Positions 13,901 through 27,484 of a stretch of 64,000 nt of DNA are shown one piece after another. Source of the stretch: Adineta vaga (taxonomy: Eukaryota > Animalia > Rotifera); assembly GCA_021613535.1 (NCBI GenBank), contig CP075492.1, positions 3,286,001 to 3,350,000 on the forward strand, read 5' to 3'. Each line of letters begins with the position of its first letter. The stretch's first letter is position 1. Both the position numbers and the translations under genes were made by a program. The notes below the pieces were generated by a model. It did no database searches. It had not been told where the DNA came from and was given only the letters and a program-made list of their open reading frames with translations.

Positions 13901-15281
13901 GACAATGGATCAACTCACAAGCCACAACACAATGGTAAATCACATGAATCAACTGGCAAGCCAGAGCACGATGGTAAATCACATGGATCAACGGGCAAAC
14001 CCGAACATGAAAGTAAACCAAATGGAGAACAGGGATCCGCTCATAAACCGCAACACGAAGGTAAATCAAATGAAGAACATGGATCAACTGGCAAACCACA
14101 ACACGATGGTAAATCTCATGAATCAACGGGTAAACCAGAACATCATGATAAATTACATGGTGACCACAAGAGCACTCACAAACCGGAACATTTTGGTAAA
14201 GACCATGAAGATGTATCGCATGGTGCATCGCATCCAAGTCATGATTTAAAAGGTGAGTTGGAAGATAAATTAATATATGACATAATTGCATTGATTGTAA
14301 GTTTGGGATAAGCGATAACGGGTAGAAAGGTTCTGATTCTACGAAAGCTGAGTTGTTTCATGTTTCAAACCTAGGATTGATATGTACCACTTTTGGTAAT
14401 AAAAAGCAAATGCGTTCATGAAAGTATGATAGGAAAAGTTTTAGTAAACACTATAACGAATGATCGGATCAAGGAGTAGTATCACCCAAATACGAATGTG
14501 CAAACAGATTATATAATGGGATTTTCTTTTTAGGTAAATCCTCTGAACATGATCATCCATTATCGGCGGAAGATGGGAAATTGAAACATGGTCATGCAGT
14601 AAGTATGAATAAATAGATTTTTTTTAATTATACATACAGTTTTGGTTAAGAAATATTGTTTGTTTGGTTATTGTCGATGAATGACTTTTGAAAGCTGATT
14701 GGTCATGTTTTGGACAGGATGTTTTTCGGAGTTTGAGGAAAATTCAAATTTTGTGGGAGAACTAAAGTTATGGAGAATAAACAAGAAGCGAGATTTCTGA
14801 AATGAGATGAAGCTTAAATGATCTTTCGAGAAAATGTTCACTAATGCTAATCCTATTTCTCATAGTTTTATTTTTACTTTTATATCGTAGCAGAAAATCT
14901 GAGTGTCTTGTTATGATTTAGGTTCGCTCACAGGACTCTGAAGGTTCTTCTTCTAGTGAAGAGAATGTAAAAACTCAACCCGATCGATGTGGTCGTTGTG
15001 CAATGCGATATATAGTTTCGTCTGTTGTTATTGATAGTCTTACACTTGAACAAGTATCTCGTAAATCCGCTGGAAATTTTGTTGAACATTTCAAGAAAGT
15101 TTTATTAAATGATATCGAAAAATATCATTCTAAAGGTGTTAAATCAATCAAAGTTACAGGTTTAAATACGTTTGAAGATAAGAAATTAATCATTGAATTT
15201 GTTACTTTTGTTGATCCAACACGTTATCATCAAATTAACAATGCAATACGTCATGCTCTTACTTCCAAAAATGTTTGTTGA
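10904..15281 (+). CDS. Secreted repetitive His-rich protein, 7 exons
   Basis: Signal peptide MSPYKLAFVTILVMTSFLNINATA. Exons 10904-10982, 11054-11479, 11577-11621, 11681-12094, 12759-14252, 14534-14598, 14922-15281 splice in frame with GT-AG introns. Confidence 0.8.
11054..12094 (+). repeat. Near-identical tandem duplicated exon/domain
   Basis: 11054-11479 and 11681-12094 encode almost the same ~125-aa domain. Confidence 0.95.
12898..13290 (+). repeat. Coding 60-nt (20-aa) tandem repeat, about 6 copies
   Basis: KSAPEHATSHASQAPTQQVS-like units align vertically on successive 60-nt lines. Confidence 0.9.
13580..14200 (+). repeat. Coding ~48-nt (16-aa) His/Gly/Lys tandem repeat, about 12-13 copies
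   Basis: GEHGSTGKPQHEGKSN-like units, some with 3-aa deletions. Confidence 0.9.
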
Positions 15282-15548
15282 ATTTATTTTCTTTTTGAAA
15301 GAATTTATTCTATTCTATTTTATAGATTGATAAAACACTCAGACAGCAATATAATTGATGGCATTAAATATATATTCATTTCTTTGATTCATTCATTGCA
15401 GGTTCAATAAACTTTATGAATTTGAATTTTTTTGGTGTAAGAAAGAAAGCGTAACTAATTTTCATATTCAATAAAACTATTCTGTCGCAACAAATTGATT
15501 TTTTTGTTCTTATCTTTTCCTTTTCAAGAAACTCAAAATAAATCAACT

Positions 15549-16370
15549 ATCTTGAAGGTGTGGGAGTGAGAGTCAGAAGGACATTCAATCATAATCTTCA
15601 CCATAACAGCCTAGAATTGAGGAAAGTATTAAGTTCGAAGCTACATGAATGCAACGCGTATTCTAATCTGGCACTGTATCAGTTAATACGTGTTAATGTA
15701 CACTTTAGAGATCGAAGGGCTTAAGAAGATACGATAAGAAAGGAAGAAAAGAAAAAGTATAAAATCCTGAAAAAGGAGATATGAGTAGGAATAGAACAGC
15801 CGAAGAAGCATAAGAAAAAAAGAGAAAAATCAAAGGAGGATAGAATGAATTCTTCCTCTTTTATGACTCAACAAAGTGCAACCACTTCAGGAGGAGTGAC
15901 TCGTGTCTGCTTATCATGCTTTCTACTCGATTTAACCGAAAATATTTAGCGACATAATCATTGTCTCGCTCTTGAAAAGGTCATCCCGATAAAAAATATC
16001 GTTGAAGAAGAAAGGTGATCCTAGATCTGTGATGTGCATAGGTTTTGTGCTGATACCGAGGGACAGCGATACACCAATATAAGGCCTACTCGAAACGTTT
16101 GCTGTAAAACTTGCTACTGCGAATAAGGCAGCAATGGATATAAGGAGAAATGCCAAGCAAAGTGAGGAAAGATATAGGCGAAGAAACACTGTCGCACATC
16201 TATCTATGGTTGGTTTGAGAGAAAGTTTATCTGTCCATGTGAATTCTAAGTATTTGAATTCTTTTACTACTTCCAATTGTTCCCCGTTCATCTTCACGTT
16301 AACCACAGGAGCTTATCGATCGTAATTTGTATGAGGCTGTACTCTTAACTCACACCCACACCCTCAAGAT
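15549..16370. mobile_element. Segment bracketed by telomere-like inverted arms and containing a decayed non-LTR reverse-transcriptase fragment (minus strand)
   Basis: Left arm ATCTTGAAGGTGTGGGAGTGAG, right arm CTCACACCCACACCCTCAAGAT. Inside, VKMNGEQLEVVKEFKYLEFTWTDKLSLKPTIDRC resembles the LINE RT FKYLG C-terminal region. Confidence 0.65.
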
Positions 16371-16532
16371 GATGCAATTGTCTTACACAATCATTCTGTA
16401 AGCTAAACTGATAGGATGCTGAAAAAAAACGTTTTTATCAGTAAGTATATTACACCATCAATTTGTTTTGTTGTGTCATAATCATCTCTATAATAAAGAT
16501 CATATTCTGATTTTCGTTATTTTACCTTCAAT

Positions 16533-18215
16533 ATGAGTAATAATCAAGTTATTATGATATTGGAATCATTACCAAATGAATTATTGTTTCATTGTTTTGA
16601 TTATTTGAATGCATTTGATATATTTCATTCCTTTGATCGATTGAATTCTCGTTTGAATAAACTTATTCGATCTATTCAATTACATATTAGTTTGAAAAAT
16701 ATCAAAAAATCCATTTTTGATCAATTTTGTACTAAAATAATCCTCAATCCTGAGATTAAAAATCAATTTATTTCATTACATTTACCCGATCGAAATAAAT
16801 GTGTTCAATCAAAAGTCTTTACATCATTATTCTCACTCAATGAATTTCCTAATCTCGAAACTCTTCAATTAATTCCATCAAAGAAATATCGTCAAATTTT
16901 CACCGCTTATGATTTTCCAACAATCGAACTTGTTGATGTATCATTCTCTAAATTACAAACTTTATCTCTTATATCTCTAAATTATTCATTCATTAATACA
17001 AATAAAACATTTTCAATCGTTAATTTAACAATTGCACAATGTCCTTTATTTAAATTATACGAATTTCTCAAATCTACACCAATGTTAAAATATTTACATA
17101 TTCAACATATGTCTCATGGTTTTTCGAACCACAATTATAAACATTTGAGTAAGACAAAACTTATTTGTTTAAAACAATTGATTATTGGTGATTATCATGA
17201 CAGTTTTCACGACATTAAATTACTCATTTGTAGAATACCGAATTTAAGAAGTTTAACAATTATGACTTATGATAATGCACCTCTCATCAATGCAAATGAA
17301 TGGGAACATTTAATTCAATCTTCATTACCTTATTTAGATAAATTTAAATTTAAACTTTGTGTATTTTGTCGAGACGCAGCACTGATCGATGTTATTAACA
17401 AATTTAAACAATTTCAAACTGATTTTTGGCAAAAAGAACATCATTGTTATACGGAATATATCACCTCGAAACATTTAGCATATATCTATACAATACCATA
17501 TCCATCAAAGTCATTCCATTTATGTATGAATGATATTCGATATTGGAATAAATCATTAGTAAAGAAATTCGATAGGTTTAGTACAGTAAAAGATTTGAAC
17601 ATAGTCCAACAAATCTCAATGAATGATTGTTCATATTATTTTTCAAATATTACATCTTTAACAATAACTCTTTATGAATTTCCAACAGATAATGTTGAAT
17701 CATTTCAAAAATTTGTTAAATTAACACATTTAAAACATTTAGATATTGAATATTTTCATAGTAAAAGAAATGCATTGATGTTATTAGAAATTATCAAACA
17801 AACATCACAATTATCATCATTATCGATAGGTTTTGAATTTGTTGAAAATTTTCTTGATAACAATGAATTATGTGAATATTTAAATCGAATGATTAAAAAT
17901 TTGAAAATTAAAAATTTCTATCGATATAAATTTGAAGCCAAAAGATTTTGTCAAGTCTTTTCTCATATTCAACATTTGATATGTTATATTAAAAATGAAA
18001 ATGATCTTTTAGTTTTACTCAATTATTTTCCTGAATTATCAACTGTTGAAATCATATCAGATGATTGTTATCAATCATTACCAACATTTATCGAATTAGA
18101 AAAGAAATTAAGAAAGGAAAATGTTATTTATCATGTCCAATGTACTCCAACATGCAATGGTGATGGTGCGGAATATTCTGAAATGAAGATTTTTCTTTGG
18201 TTTAATAAACAATGA
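16533..18215 (+). CDS. F-box-like / degenerate LRR protein, intronless
   Basis: N-terminal LESLPNELLFHCFDYL..DIFHSF.RLNSRLNKLI and repeated P.L..L.I motifs. Confidence 0.85.
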   Translation: MSNNQVIMILESLPNELLFHCFDYLNAFDIFHSFDRLNSRLNKLIRSIQLHISLKNIKKSIFDQFCTKIILNPEIKNQFISLHLPDRNKCVQSKVFTSLFSLNEFPNLETLQLIPSKKYRQIFTAYDFPTIELVDVSFSKLQTLSLISLNYSFINTNKTFSIVNLTIAQCPLFKLYEFLKSTPMLKYLHIQHMSHGFSNHNYKHLSKTKLICLKQLIIGDYHDSFHDIKLLICRIPNLRSLTIMTYDNAPLINANEWEHLIQSSLPYLDKFKFKLCVFCRDAALIDVINKFKQFQTDFWQKEHHCYTEYITSKHLAYIYTIPYPSKSFHLCMNDIRYWNKSLVKKFDRFSTVKDLNIVQQISMNDCSYYFSNITSLTITLYEFPTDNVESFQKFVKLTHLKHLDIEYFHSKRNALMLLEIIKQTSQLSSLSIGFEFVENFLDNNELCEYLNRMIKNLKIKNFYRYKFEAKRFCQVFSHIQHLICYIKNENDLLVLLNYFPELSTVEIISDDCYQSLPTFIELEKKLRKENVIYHVQCTPTCNGDGAEYSEMKIFLWFNKQ

Positions 18216-18303
18216 CTAGAATTTTAATCTTTCTCTTTTTTTCTCTAAGGAAATCTATCGATTTTAACAACAGTCAGAAAATATGTTCTAGTATAATTTT
18301 TTT

Positions 18304-19358
18304 TTAAGTTGCAGGAATAATTCTAACACTACTACGATGTTGTGTCCATCGATTGAGACATCGAAAAATTTCTTCTTTCAATTCTGGCATTGCTAAAATA
18401 GCCGTCAGTGGAGAGAAGAGTGCTGCGACATAAATAAAACAAATTAATGTCCAATTTGTACTGAATTCATATGAAAGTGGAGTTGAATGAAAAGTATTAA
18501 TAACCGATGTAATACTCGATGGCATCCAAGATATGTATAACATTCCAATGAGAGATAATAGTTGGAAAAGCATTTTTCTATTTTTAATCCAAATACGTCG
18601 TTGCATCATTCGTTTTTTTAAATAAAGTACTCGTCCAATGAGAAATATATTGAAGAGAATCATTACAATCAAAGGTGCTATAATAGCAAAGACCCATGAA
18701 AATGTTCCCGTCACTGGATGAGTAAGATAACATGCTGTACCACATGCCCACGAATGATAATCAAAATGATTTTCACATGGTAAAAATTTGACAACATAAA
18801 CAACATAGATAAATGGCATAACAATAAAAGTAATCATTGGAATATAATGTAAGATAATCTTATGTCTATATGTATAAAAACAAAATCTTTTATTTAGATG
18901 AATAGAATTCTTTTCGACTTACTTGAAAAGAAATGGATTATGAAATATGAGAAGATAACGTTCAATAGATAAATATGCATTTAATTGTACAGAACTCATA
19001 TTTAAAAATGATGTTAAAATATACCAATACGTACAAAATATATCCGATGGAATGGCAACACTACCTTGATAAAATAAAATGATTGCTAAAGGTAGATCAC
19101 ATGTTCCCTAAAAAAAAGAAGAAGAATTTATCTTTCATAAAAGAATAAATTATTTCATGTATTTACTTGAATGAAATAGACGAAAAAAATACAGATGAAA
19201 AAATGATTGTTCAAACGAATTCGGATTTGTTTTTTACGTAGAAGAAAAGACAGAATAAAGAATGAACAAAGAATTGAGGGTAAAATCAACATAAGTAAGA
19301 AGATAGATGTTAGTTTTCGACTAAGTTCAATGTTTATTATTGAAGTAACATTGGCCAT
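18304..19358 (-). CDS. Rhodopsin-like orphan GPCR, 3 exons
   Basis: Exons 19358-19167, 19107-18923, 18865-18304. SIERY motif and hydrophobic helices. Confidence 0.85.
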
Positions 19359-19953
19359 TTTAACAATCTTTGAAAAAATGTTTATTTTCTTTAAGAATAT
19401 TCGTTATAGGTTTTTATTTATATTGTGAAAATGTGTGCGTGATAATTATCCTTTCTTCTTAGACTCAATCACATCAAGAAATATTTGACGCAGTTCTCGG
19501 AGATTTATAAAAGTATGTTTTAATCTTTGATGAATCTATTGAGAACGTCATTAACTACAATTTTCGATTTAATTAGAAGAAACGTCAAAGACCACGATTC
19601 TATGAAATAAGATAATTGTGTTGATTAGAGTTGAGAAAAAAGCCAGGTGTATTTCTGTCCTATGAAGCAAAAAAATTGATTCAGTTCATTTAAATCCATT
19701 ATGAAAAACGTGCAAAAAAAGCTTTTCAGGAATAAATCAAAGCCAATCAATTTGATTTTATCAGACCAATGTTCTCAAGATCATTCGATAAACTCAACGA
19801 ATGCAGACGTCATATTATCATGAAAAACTTTTCATAGTTTTAACTAACACGTAAGAAGATAATGATTTCCATTACGTCCTAGGTCATATGTGAAAGAGTA
19901 GAAAAAAGAATTCATTAATCAAAAAGTTAATTGAAACATTTCTAATAATGTCC

Positions 19954-20003
19954 ATTTTGAGGGTGAGTGACAGTAGTATATTTACGCCCACACCCACACA
20001 TAC
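19954..20003. repeat. Telomere-like palindromic element
   Basis: TTGAGGGTGAGTG...CGCCCACACCCACAC between the divergent GPCR and cullin genes. Confidence 0.65.
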
Positions 20004-20196
20004 GTTTTTCTGTGTATGATTTTCAAATGTTTCTTTTTCTTGTGAAATAACTGAAGTGAATAAGTGAATTGAATTTTGACTCACAACTGGGAAGAAAGAA
20101 AAACAATGGAAATAGGAAGAAAATCAAACAAACTGTACAACATTACAAAAAAATCATTTTTCTTCTTTATTCAATCTATATTATCTAGACTAAAAT

Positions 20197-23140
20197 ATGT
20201 CACAAAATTTAACAATTGAAGAGCAATTTCAAATAGAACATTTTATCAATCAAATCTGTCATTGTCATGAGATTTCACCTGAATTAATTGTCAAAATTCA
20301 ATCGTAAGTTTAGTTTCTTCATGTATTCATTTTAAATTATGATTATTTTAGTCTCATGTCGAAATACATGCATAGAAATCGTAATGATGAATTTGTCTTT
20401 TACCATCAATACATACTCACTTCTATTGAAAATAGTTTGAACAGCGTATATCAAGTAAAATATTCTTTTCTTAACTGATTTTTAAAATTTTTCTCTCATA
20501 TAAGAATGCACGAAACATGTCAGATGGTGATATTCTTGTTTTCTATGCCAAACATTGGCACAATTATCGAATCATGTGTGACAAATTACATATCGTTTGT
20601 TTATCATTAAATTTACAAAAAATTAAAATTAATTTAAGTACTATGAAAGGCAAATATATTGAAAGAATTAGTTCAGTATGTATAACAACTCGTTTTTTTT
20701 AAATGGAAACTATAATTTGAAGAATATTTAGTTATCTGAACGATTATGGGAGAAAATTTTGATCAAACCATTATTTTCACGTGTAACACAATCATGTTTA
20801 AATTTAATTAATCATCATCGAAATACTCAATCATTTGTTGATCCGAAAATTATCAAAGATATTCTTGATATTTATCGTAAGAGATGAAATGTTGTTTTTT
20901 TTGTTCTTACAATAAGAAAAGAATTGATGATTTATGTGGGTTTTTAGTTGATGAAAATTTCTTTAAATTAATCCAACAGGATAGAAATAATCGAAATATC
21001 ACTGATAGTTATATCGATTGTTTTGAAAAACAATATCTTCAACAAGCACAAGAATTTTATTCACATCGAAAGAATCATTTAGGAACCAATGAAACAATCG
21101 AATATCTCATTTCAGTATGTTGATATATCTTCAAGAGAAACACACATTATTATAATGAATATCTTATAGATATTAAATTATCTTTGTAATGAATTAAACT
21201 TTGCTAAATGTTATTTACCTAAAGATAAATCAACATTAAAAGATTTAAATGATACATTAGAAGATTTGTTTTTCTCTGGAAATATTTTTCATAATATCTG
21301 GAATGATTTGGAATTACTCATTGAAAATCAAAATCATTGTCAAAGTAAATCATAATGATTCGTTGTTTTTTTTTCTGAAGAAATATTTCGAGTTTGAATT
21401 TAGTTGCTAATTTTTATAAATCAATTATTCAAGTACCTCGAATCAAAACTATAGTTGTTGAATTAATTGAAAGGGAATTTTATCAAAAAGGTCTTAAAGC
21501 TTTTAAATTAATTCATAGAAATGCGATGGATGTAAGTTAGACGAATGTTATAGTCAAAACTTTAGTTTTATTCAAAATTTTTAGGATCCAAAACTTTATC
21601 TTGACACAATGATTGATATTCGTATGAAATTATCGAAATTTGTTGAAGATGATATTAATTTTCAACTTGGCCTTCAAACTATATTGGATACAGTAAAGAA
21701 TTTTTGCATAGATTTATATTTGTAACAAAAGTATTTAGGTTTGTAGTCGATTGATGCGTACGAATGTTTTGAATCCCATCGACAAATGTAAATCAAAATT
21801 AGGGGAAATAATAGCGATTATTTCGATGTATTATTAAGAAAAGAGTATGTAAAAATGAATTTCAAATATAAAAACAATCATCTTAATGATTTTTGTAGCT
21901 TTCGAACTATTAAAAAAGTTAATCTAAAAGAAAAATTTGAACAAATAATGGTATTTAGTAATAATGAAGTTTTTTATTGAAAATAAACCGATTTATATTC
22001 TTTAGATATTTACTGATTATATTGATGATAAAAATCTGTTTGGAATTTTGTATGAAAAACGATTAATGAAACGTTTAGTTGAACATTTAAGTATATCAAT
22101 TGATCTTGAATTATTTCTAATTACAAATTTACTAGTAGAAATAAAACTATTCTTTCAAATCATTTTTGTACATTCTTTCTGTTTAAAGGGAATCTGTAAA
22201 GATAAAATGATAACGAAATTTAGACGAATGTGTCAAGATATAACATGTAGTCAAAGATTGCGTAATTATCATCAAGGAAATTATCCAATATATGGTTTGA
22301 AATAGTATTCGAAAGAAAATCAAACATTGGTTTTCTTTTTAGAAAATTTTTCAATCACAATTCTCAATTCATTGATTTGGCCAATTTTATCTATGAATGA
22401 AATTATTCTTCCAAATGAAGTAAAATTTCCAATGAATTCATGTTATTTATCGAACTGTGTTCATTTTATATTCTAGTTAAATTCAAGTTATGATCATTTT
22501 CAAAAATGTTATAAGAATTATACGAAATTTCAAAGATTGATTTTACTTCCACAATATTCTTATGGAGAATTAGAAGTTTGTTTTAAGTCATTGAAATATA
22601 TTTTCGAAGTTTCTCTCTATCAAATGATTGTTTTATTATTATTTAATCAAACATCAATTTTAACAATTGAACAAATACAAAATCAAACAAATATTCGAAA
22701 CGATATTTTACAGGAAGTTATTGCGAGTTTATTGAAACATAATTTAATTATATGTGATCAAAGAAACAATTTAAATGATATGAATTATTCAATTCGATTG
22801 ATAAATGATTTTAAAAGTTCGACAATGAATGTTAAATTAAAAGTTCCATTAGAACTTACGGAAGTAAAAAAGAATGATGAGCAAAAATATGGGATTAAAT
22901 TACTTATTATTCAAATAATGAAAGAGAGAAAAAGTTTGTTAACGAAGTTATTAATTGGTGAAGTTATGGAAAAAATCAATCAATCAAATGAAATTTCAAT
23001 TCAAGTAAAATAGAAAATAAAAAATAGAAAAATAATTCTGAATTAATCTCGTTTAGAAATGCATTAATCAATTAATTGAACAAGACTATTTAAAAAAAGA
23101 TTTTAATCAACAATCCGATCTTTTACATTATTTACCATAA
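20197..23140 (+). CDS. Divergent cullin (CUL1-like), multi-exon, apparent frameshift near 21815
   Basis: YIDDKNLFGILYEKRLMKRL, KFRRMCQDITCS, ILNSLIWP, EVSLYQMIVLLLFN, neddylation motif IIQIMKERK, C-terminal CINQLIEQDYL..LHYLP*. Confidence 0.85.
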
Positions 23141-24184
23141 AGTTGACAAAGTCGTCCATCTCATATTATACTTAGAGAAAAGATGATGTTTTTTATAGGC
23201 CATTGTTTTTACTCTTTTAACTTGCTTTTCGTTTTATCCGTGAACTTTGTAATCGCACAATAAATGAAATGGGAAAAAAAACAAGTAATGTTCCTCGTTT
23301 CGACTCACTTGACGAGGACGTGGATGTTTATGTGCCTGTCAATGAGGATGGGTGTAGATGAAAAGAGGAACGATGTCTCAATTCTTGGAGCGTATACGGT
23401 CCAAATCTTTCGTTGAAATGTCATCGAGCACGTTTGGAGGATTGAAAAGTACGTTATAGTTTTGATCATGCATCTGTGATGTAAGTATTTAGTTACTAAT
23501 GAATCATTGTTATAAATACATCTATCTATTTTCGTGTCGATATTTTGTTTTGTCTGTACTTCTTTTTCTCTGCTCTATACACTTGATATCATGGTATGGT
23601 TTGCTAGATATATTTAACTGTATATGTTGTGTCTTTCTTCTGCTGGGCATTCAGATAAAACATTTTTCCTTCACTCTCGACTTCTTGTAATAGTTTAAAT
23701 TTGTTCAAAGTGGTCAAGTCGAATTGATTCCTGAACAACTGAATGAATATTCGAAACATCTGATTAATGATATAGACGAATTCGTATCTCACCATTGTTG
23801 AAAAATACATTAAATTGTTTATCGATTCATGTAATTTTGACATTCTGGTGAGTGCCGACGGTTCAAATTCATTTGTTCGTCGATATTGTAATATTCAGAC
23901 GATGAGTGAAGGTGCCGAGTATGCTTGTGGTGTAGTATATAATATACCAACAGATATATGACCATCGGAAGTCTCTCTATCAAGCGATTAATTGTATATT
24001 AACCGTTTCTCAAACTCCCTTGTTGATCAATTTGGTGTGAATAGGAAGAATTACGTGACCATTTAGAGATGTTTCAAACATATAATAAGTCATTAGATTT
24101 ATTAGATTATAGTCTATGTCTAAAAACATGTCTGTGGTCAGTTATTCGATAGAAACATGATTTTTTTAAATATTCATCATAAAT

Positions 24185-25125
24185 TTGTTTGAGAGTATGG
24201 TGCCAATTGTAATTAATGTTCAACATGCAGCTATCGTTGTTCGAGAACTTCGTTTTGAAATTAATAAAAAAACAGCAAACCACAAGTTCGCCAACGAAAA
24301 TAAAGATTTCAAAACAATGTTGGTATGTCTTGTTGGTGATGCTGCAATGAAGGTTTTACCGCGCGTACACTTGCCGATCTCATCGATCACAGTGTTGGAA
24401 GCTTATGTCTACGCAAATTTAAATCATTGTGTTACTAAATATACAAAGAAATTGAAAACAACACGAGAGATGGGTGGTGTTGAAATTTCCATGCAAACAA
24501 CATCAATTCTTACCTGTAACGAAAATTTGCAAAATCACTTTTTCTTCTACTCGTGCACAAAGTGGTCCCGTTCATTATCGATTTTTTATTTTATGGATTG
24601 TTGGTGATGTAGTAACTGAAAATACAAAGAAACTTATCAATTCAATTCAAATTTCACTGAAATTCGTTGATCGATCATTGATCAAAAATCAGTCTAATAT
24701 ATCAACTAGTGAGGCATATCACACATTACGTGTAGTTAATACTATCGAAGAGGCTAAAGAGTGGATACGAACCACGAAGGATCACGAAAACATTCAACGT
24801 AAAGATACTCATTTCAAAGTTGCTACTACAGGGTCTCTCAATAAAAGAACAAACAGCAGTAGACGTGATTCGTGCTGAAATACCACATGTTCCAATACTA
24901 ATTTTTCCAAACAGACATGAACATACACAATTAGCACACGAATTTCCAAATGCGGCTGTCATGAGTACAGTTTTTGAGCTATACGAGTTTCTCGGAGTCG
25001 CTCAAGCAACACAATGGAATACAGGTTATCAAGTAGAACATTTGGAAAATGAAACATCGATAACAACAACCAATCCATATTCGTATATTTATAAGACATC
25101 TAAAAGACTAACTTATGATCTATAA
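24185..25125 (+). pseudogene. Decayed gene fragment, possibly the C-terminal part of a FAD-dependent monooxygenase plus an alpha/beta domain
   Basis: Three overlapping frames. LVCLVGDAA resembles the flavoprotein GD motif. Confidence 0.3.
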
Positions 25126-25679
25126 TTTAACATAATTTCGAGTGAATAAAAACTTAATCAACGAAATTTCTACATATCTCAAAAGGCCTATTTGCGGTAG
25201 AATTAGATATTAAACATTTTCTGGGAAAATATTAACGACTAAGATGGATACATCATAATACATGTATTATTCGTGTGTTTCTATCTTCATCATTTTGTTT
25301 CAGTAGATAAAACTTCACTTGTTAATCGCTTTTATTCCTTTAAAATTTTTTAAATATCATTTAGAGCTCTGTATTGATGAGACATATGTAGTTAACGCAA
25401 TATTCTATAAATATTAAAAAAAAACATTTTATAAGCTTTTCTTTTTGGGAGGAACTGAAAGAATTGTTTTATCTGACTCCAAATTAAATCAATAATAAAT
25501 CATGCTTACTTGAAAATGATAAAAAATAAAATCCTGAATTGAAAACAAATATTTCCTCTTCATTAATTATACTAATAATAAAAAACTAACTAACATCTGT
25601 TCTTTTTCTCTTTTTTTTTCTTCATGATACTTCATACAAAAAAGAACAACAATAAATTTTATCATAGAAATATCAACAT

Positions 25680-27484
25680 ATGTCTTTAGAATTAGATTTT
25701 AAACATCCTGCAGAAAAAAGAGAACTTGTAATTTTTATATTAGATTTGCGATATTTTAAAATTATTCTAAAGGTGTTTTATCTATTATGAATAAAATACA
25801 AGTTGTTCAAGTAAATGATTTATAATGAAATCAATAATTACAACAACAAAAACAACTAACTTTGAAAGTTTTTTCATCATTTTAGTTTCAATCAACTGAA
25901 CCAAATCCATTAGAAACATCGACTTCTTACTTAAGAATATTGTATGAATTGATATAATTTCATAGTTTACCTTTTCTTTTTCTCTGTAGATGTGAATATG
26001 TTCGAAGAAAACTGATAAAGATTTTGTTAATTACAATTATTTCTGTAATAATCTTAGTTATAAGTGTTATTCTAACGATTATTGTAGCAAAAAAACAATC
26101 CGAGATACTTATAACGCCAACAAGAATAACTACAAGTACAACAACAACAGCAACAACGACAACAGCAACAACAACGACAACCACAACAGCAACAACAACG
26201 ACGACGACAAAAAGTAAAGTTCTGTAGAACAAATAGATATGAAAACATGAGATTATAATTTATCTTTTCATAATTATATGAGTAAGGAACTGAAGAGCAA
26301 TCTATATATCTCGGGATTTTAATATACATATCAACCAGTCGATGTCTGTCTGTCTTCTATGACAAATATAAGACCAAGTATATCCTTAGTGATAATCAAT
26401 TTTTACGTATAGTATATATTTAAACAAATTGTCATAGTTCAAAGATTCATAGTTTGTATTTACATGTATCTATATTTACTCAGGAACAATACAGACGAGA
26501 GAAATGCATATACCACGAAGCGGTCATACGGCAACAGTGCTCCCAAATGGCCAAGTATTAGTTACAGGTGGACAAAGTCTATTTTTACCTTTGTCTCAGT
26601 GTGAATTATATGATCCATTGACAGATCAATGGACAATCGTTGCTGATATGTCTGTTAAAAGAGAATATCATACTGCATCTATATTAAAGAATGGATTAGT
26701 TTTAATCATTGGTGGACAAAGTTCTTTGGATGTATACCACACTAGTACTGAATTATACAATACATCTACGAACGAATGGATAACTACAGGAAATATGAAA
26801 TATCCACGAGCTCAACACACATCTACTCTATTGCATGATGGAAAAGTATTAGTGGCTGGTGGAATAAATAAAAATTATTTGCTAAGAACTGCTGAGTTAT
26901 ATGATCCAATAACAGGCACTTGGAGTTTGGTAGAAGAGATGCATTTTGACCGTTCAGATCATACAGCATCTCTGTTATCAGATGGAAAGGTGTTAGTGAC
27001 TGGTGGAGATTGTCTTGTATACCCAGATCTGATTTCCTACAGTAGTGAATTATATAATCCAATCACAAATAAATGGTCAATAATAGGTTACATGAAGAAT
27101 GGACGAAGGCATCATACAGCAACTGTATTAATGAATGGAAGAGTTTTAGTTACTGGTGGTTTAAATAACTCGGAAACATCATTAGACACCGCTGAATTGT
27201 ATGATCCATTAACAAATCAATGGACATTCACTGGTAAGATGAATATTCCAAGAAGACGGCATACTGCATCTCTATTTTTAAATGGAACAGTCTTGATTAC
27301 TGGTGGATGGAATGGAAATATATTAGATAGTACTGAAATATATGATCCGTTAACTGGTATTTGGTCAATTGGTCGCACGATGAAACTATCACGTATCGGT
27401 CATACAGCATCGATATTAATGAATGGAAGTGTGCTAGTCATTGGTGGAACAGATTGGATATTTGATACTATAGAATTCTATTAA
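25680..27484 (+). CDS. Type II membrane protein with Thr stalk and Kelch/galactose-oxidase-type beta-propeller
   Basis: Short 5' exons, TM LITIISVIILVISVILTIIVA, poly-Thr, terminal exon ~26484-27484 with seven R..HTA.LL.NG.VLVTGG repeats. Confidence 0.85.

Noticed and set aside
12845-14291. Long alternative-frame and antisense ORFs (12845-13321, 12864-13331, 13515-14249, 13575-14291)
   Set aside because: Shadows of the repetitive His-rich coding exon.
25960-26329. Poly-Val and poly-Cys minus-strand ORFs
   Set aside because: Antisense readings of the poly-Thr stalk of the Kelch gene.
26300-26390. Possible Helitron-like insert (TCTATATAT...GTCTGTCTGTC) in the Kelch intron
   Set aside because: No convincing 3' hairpin or CTAG end; too short to support.
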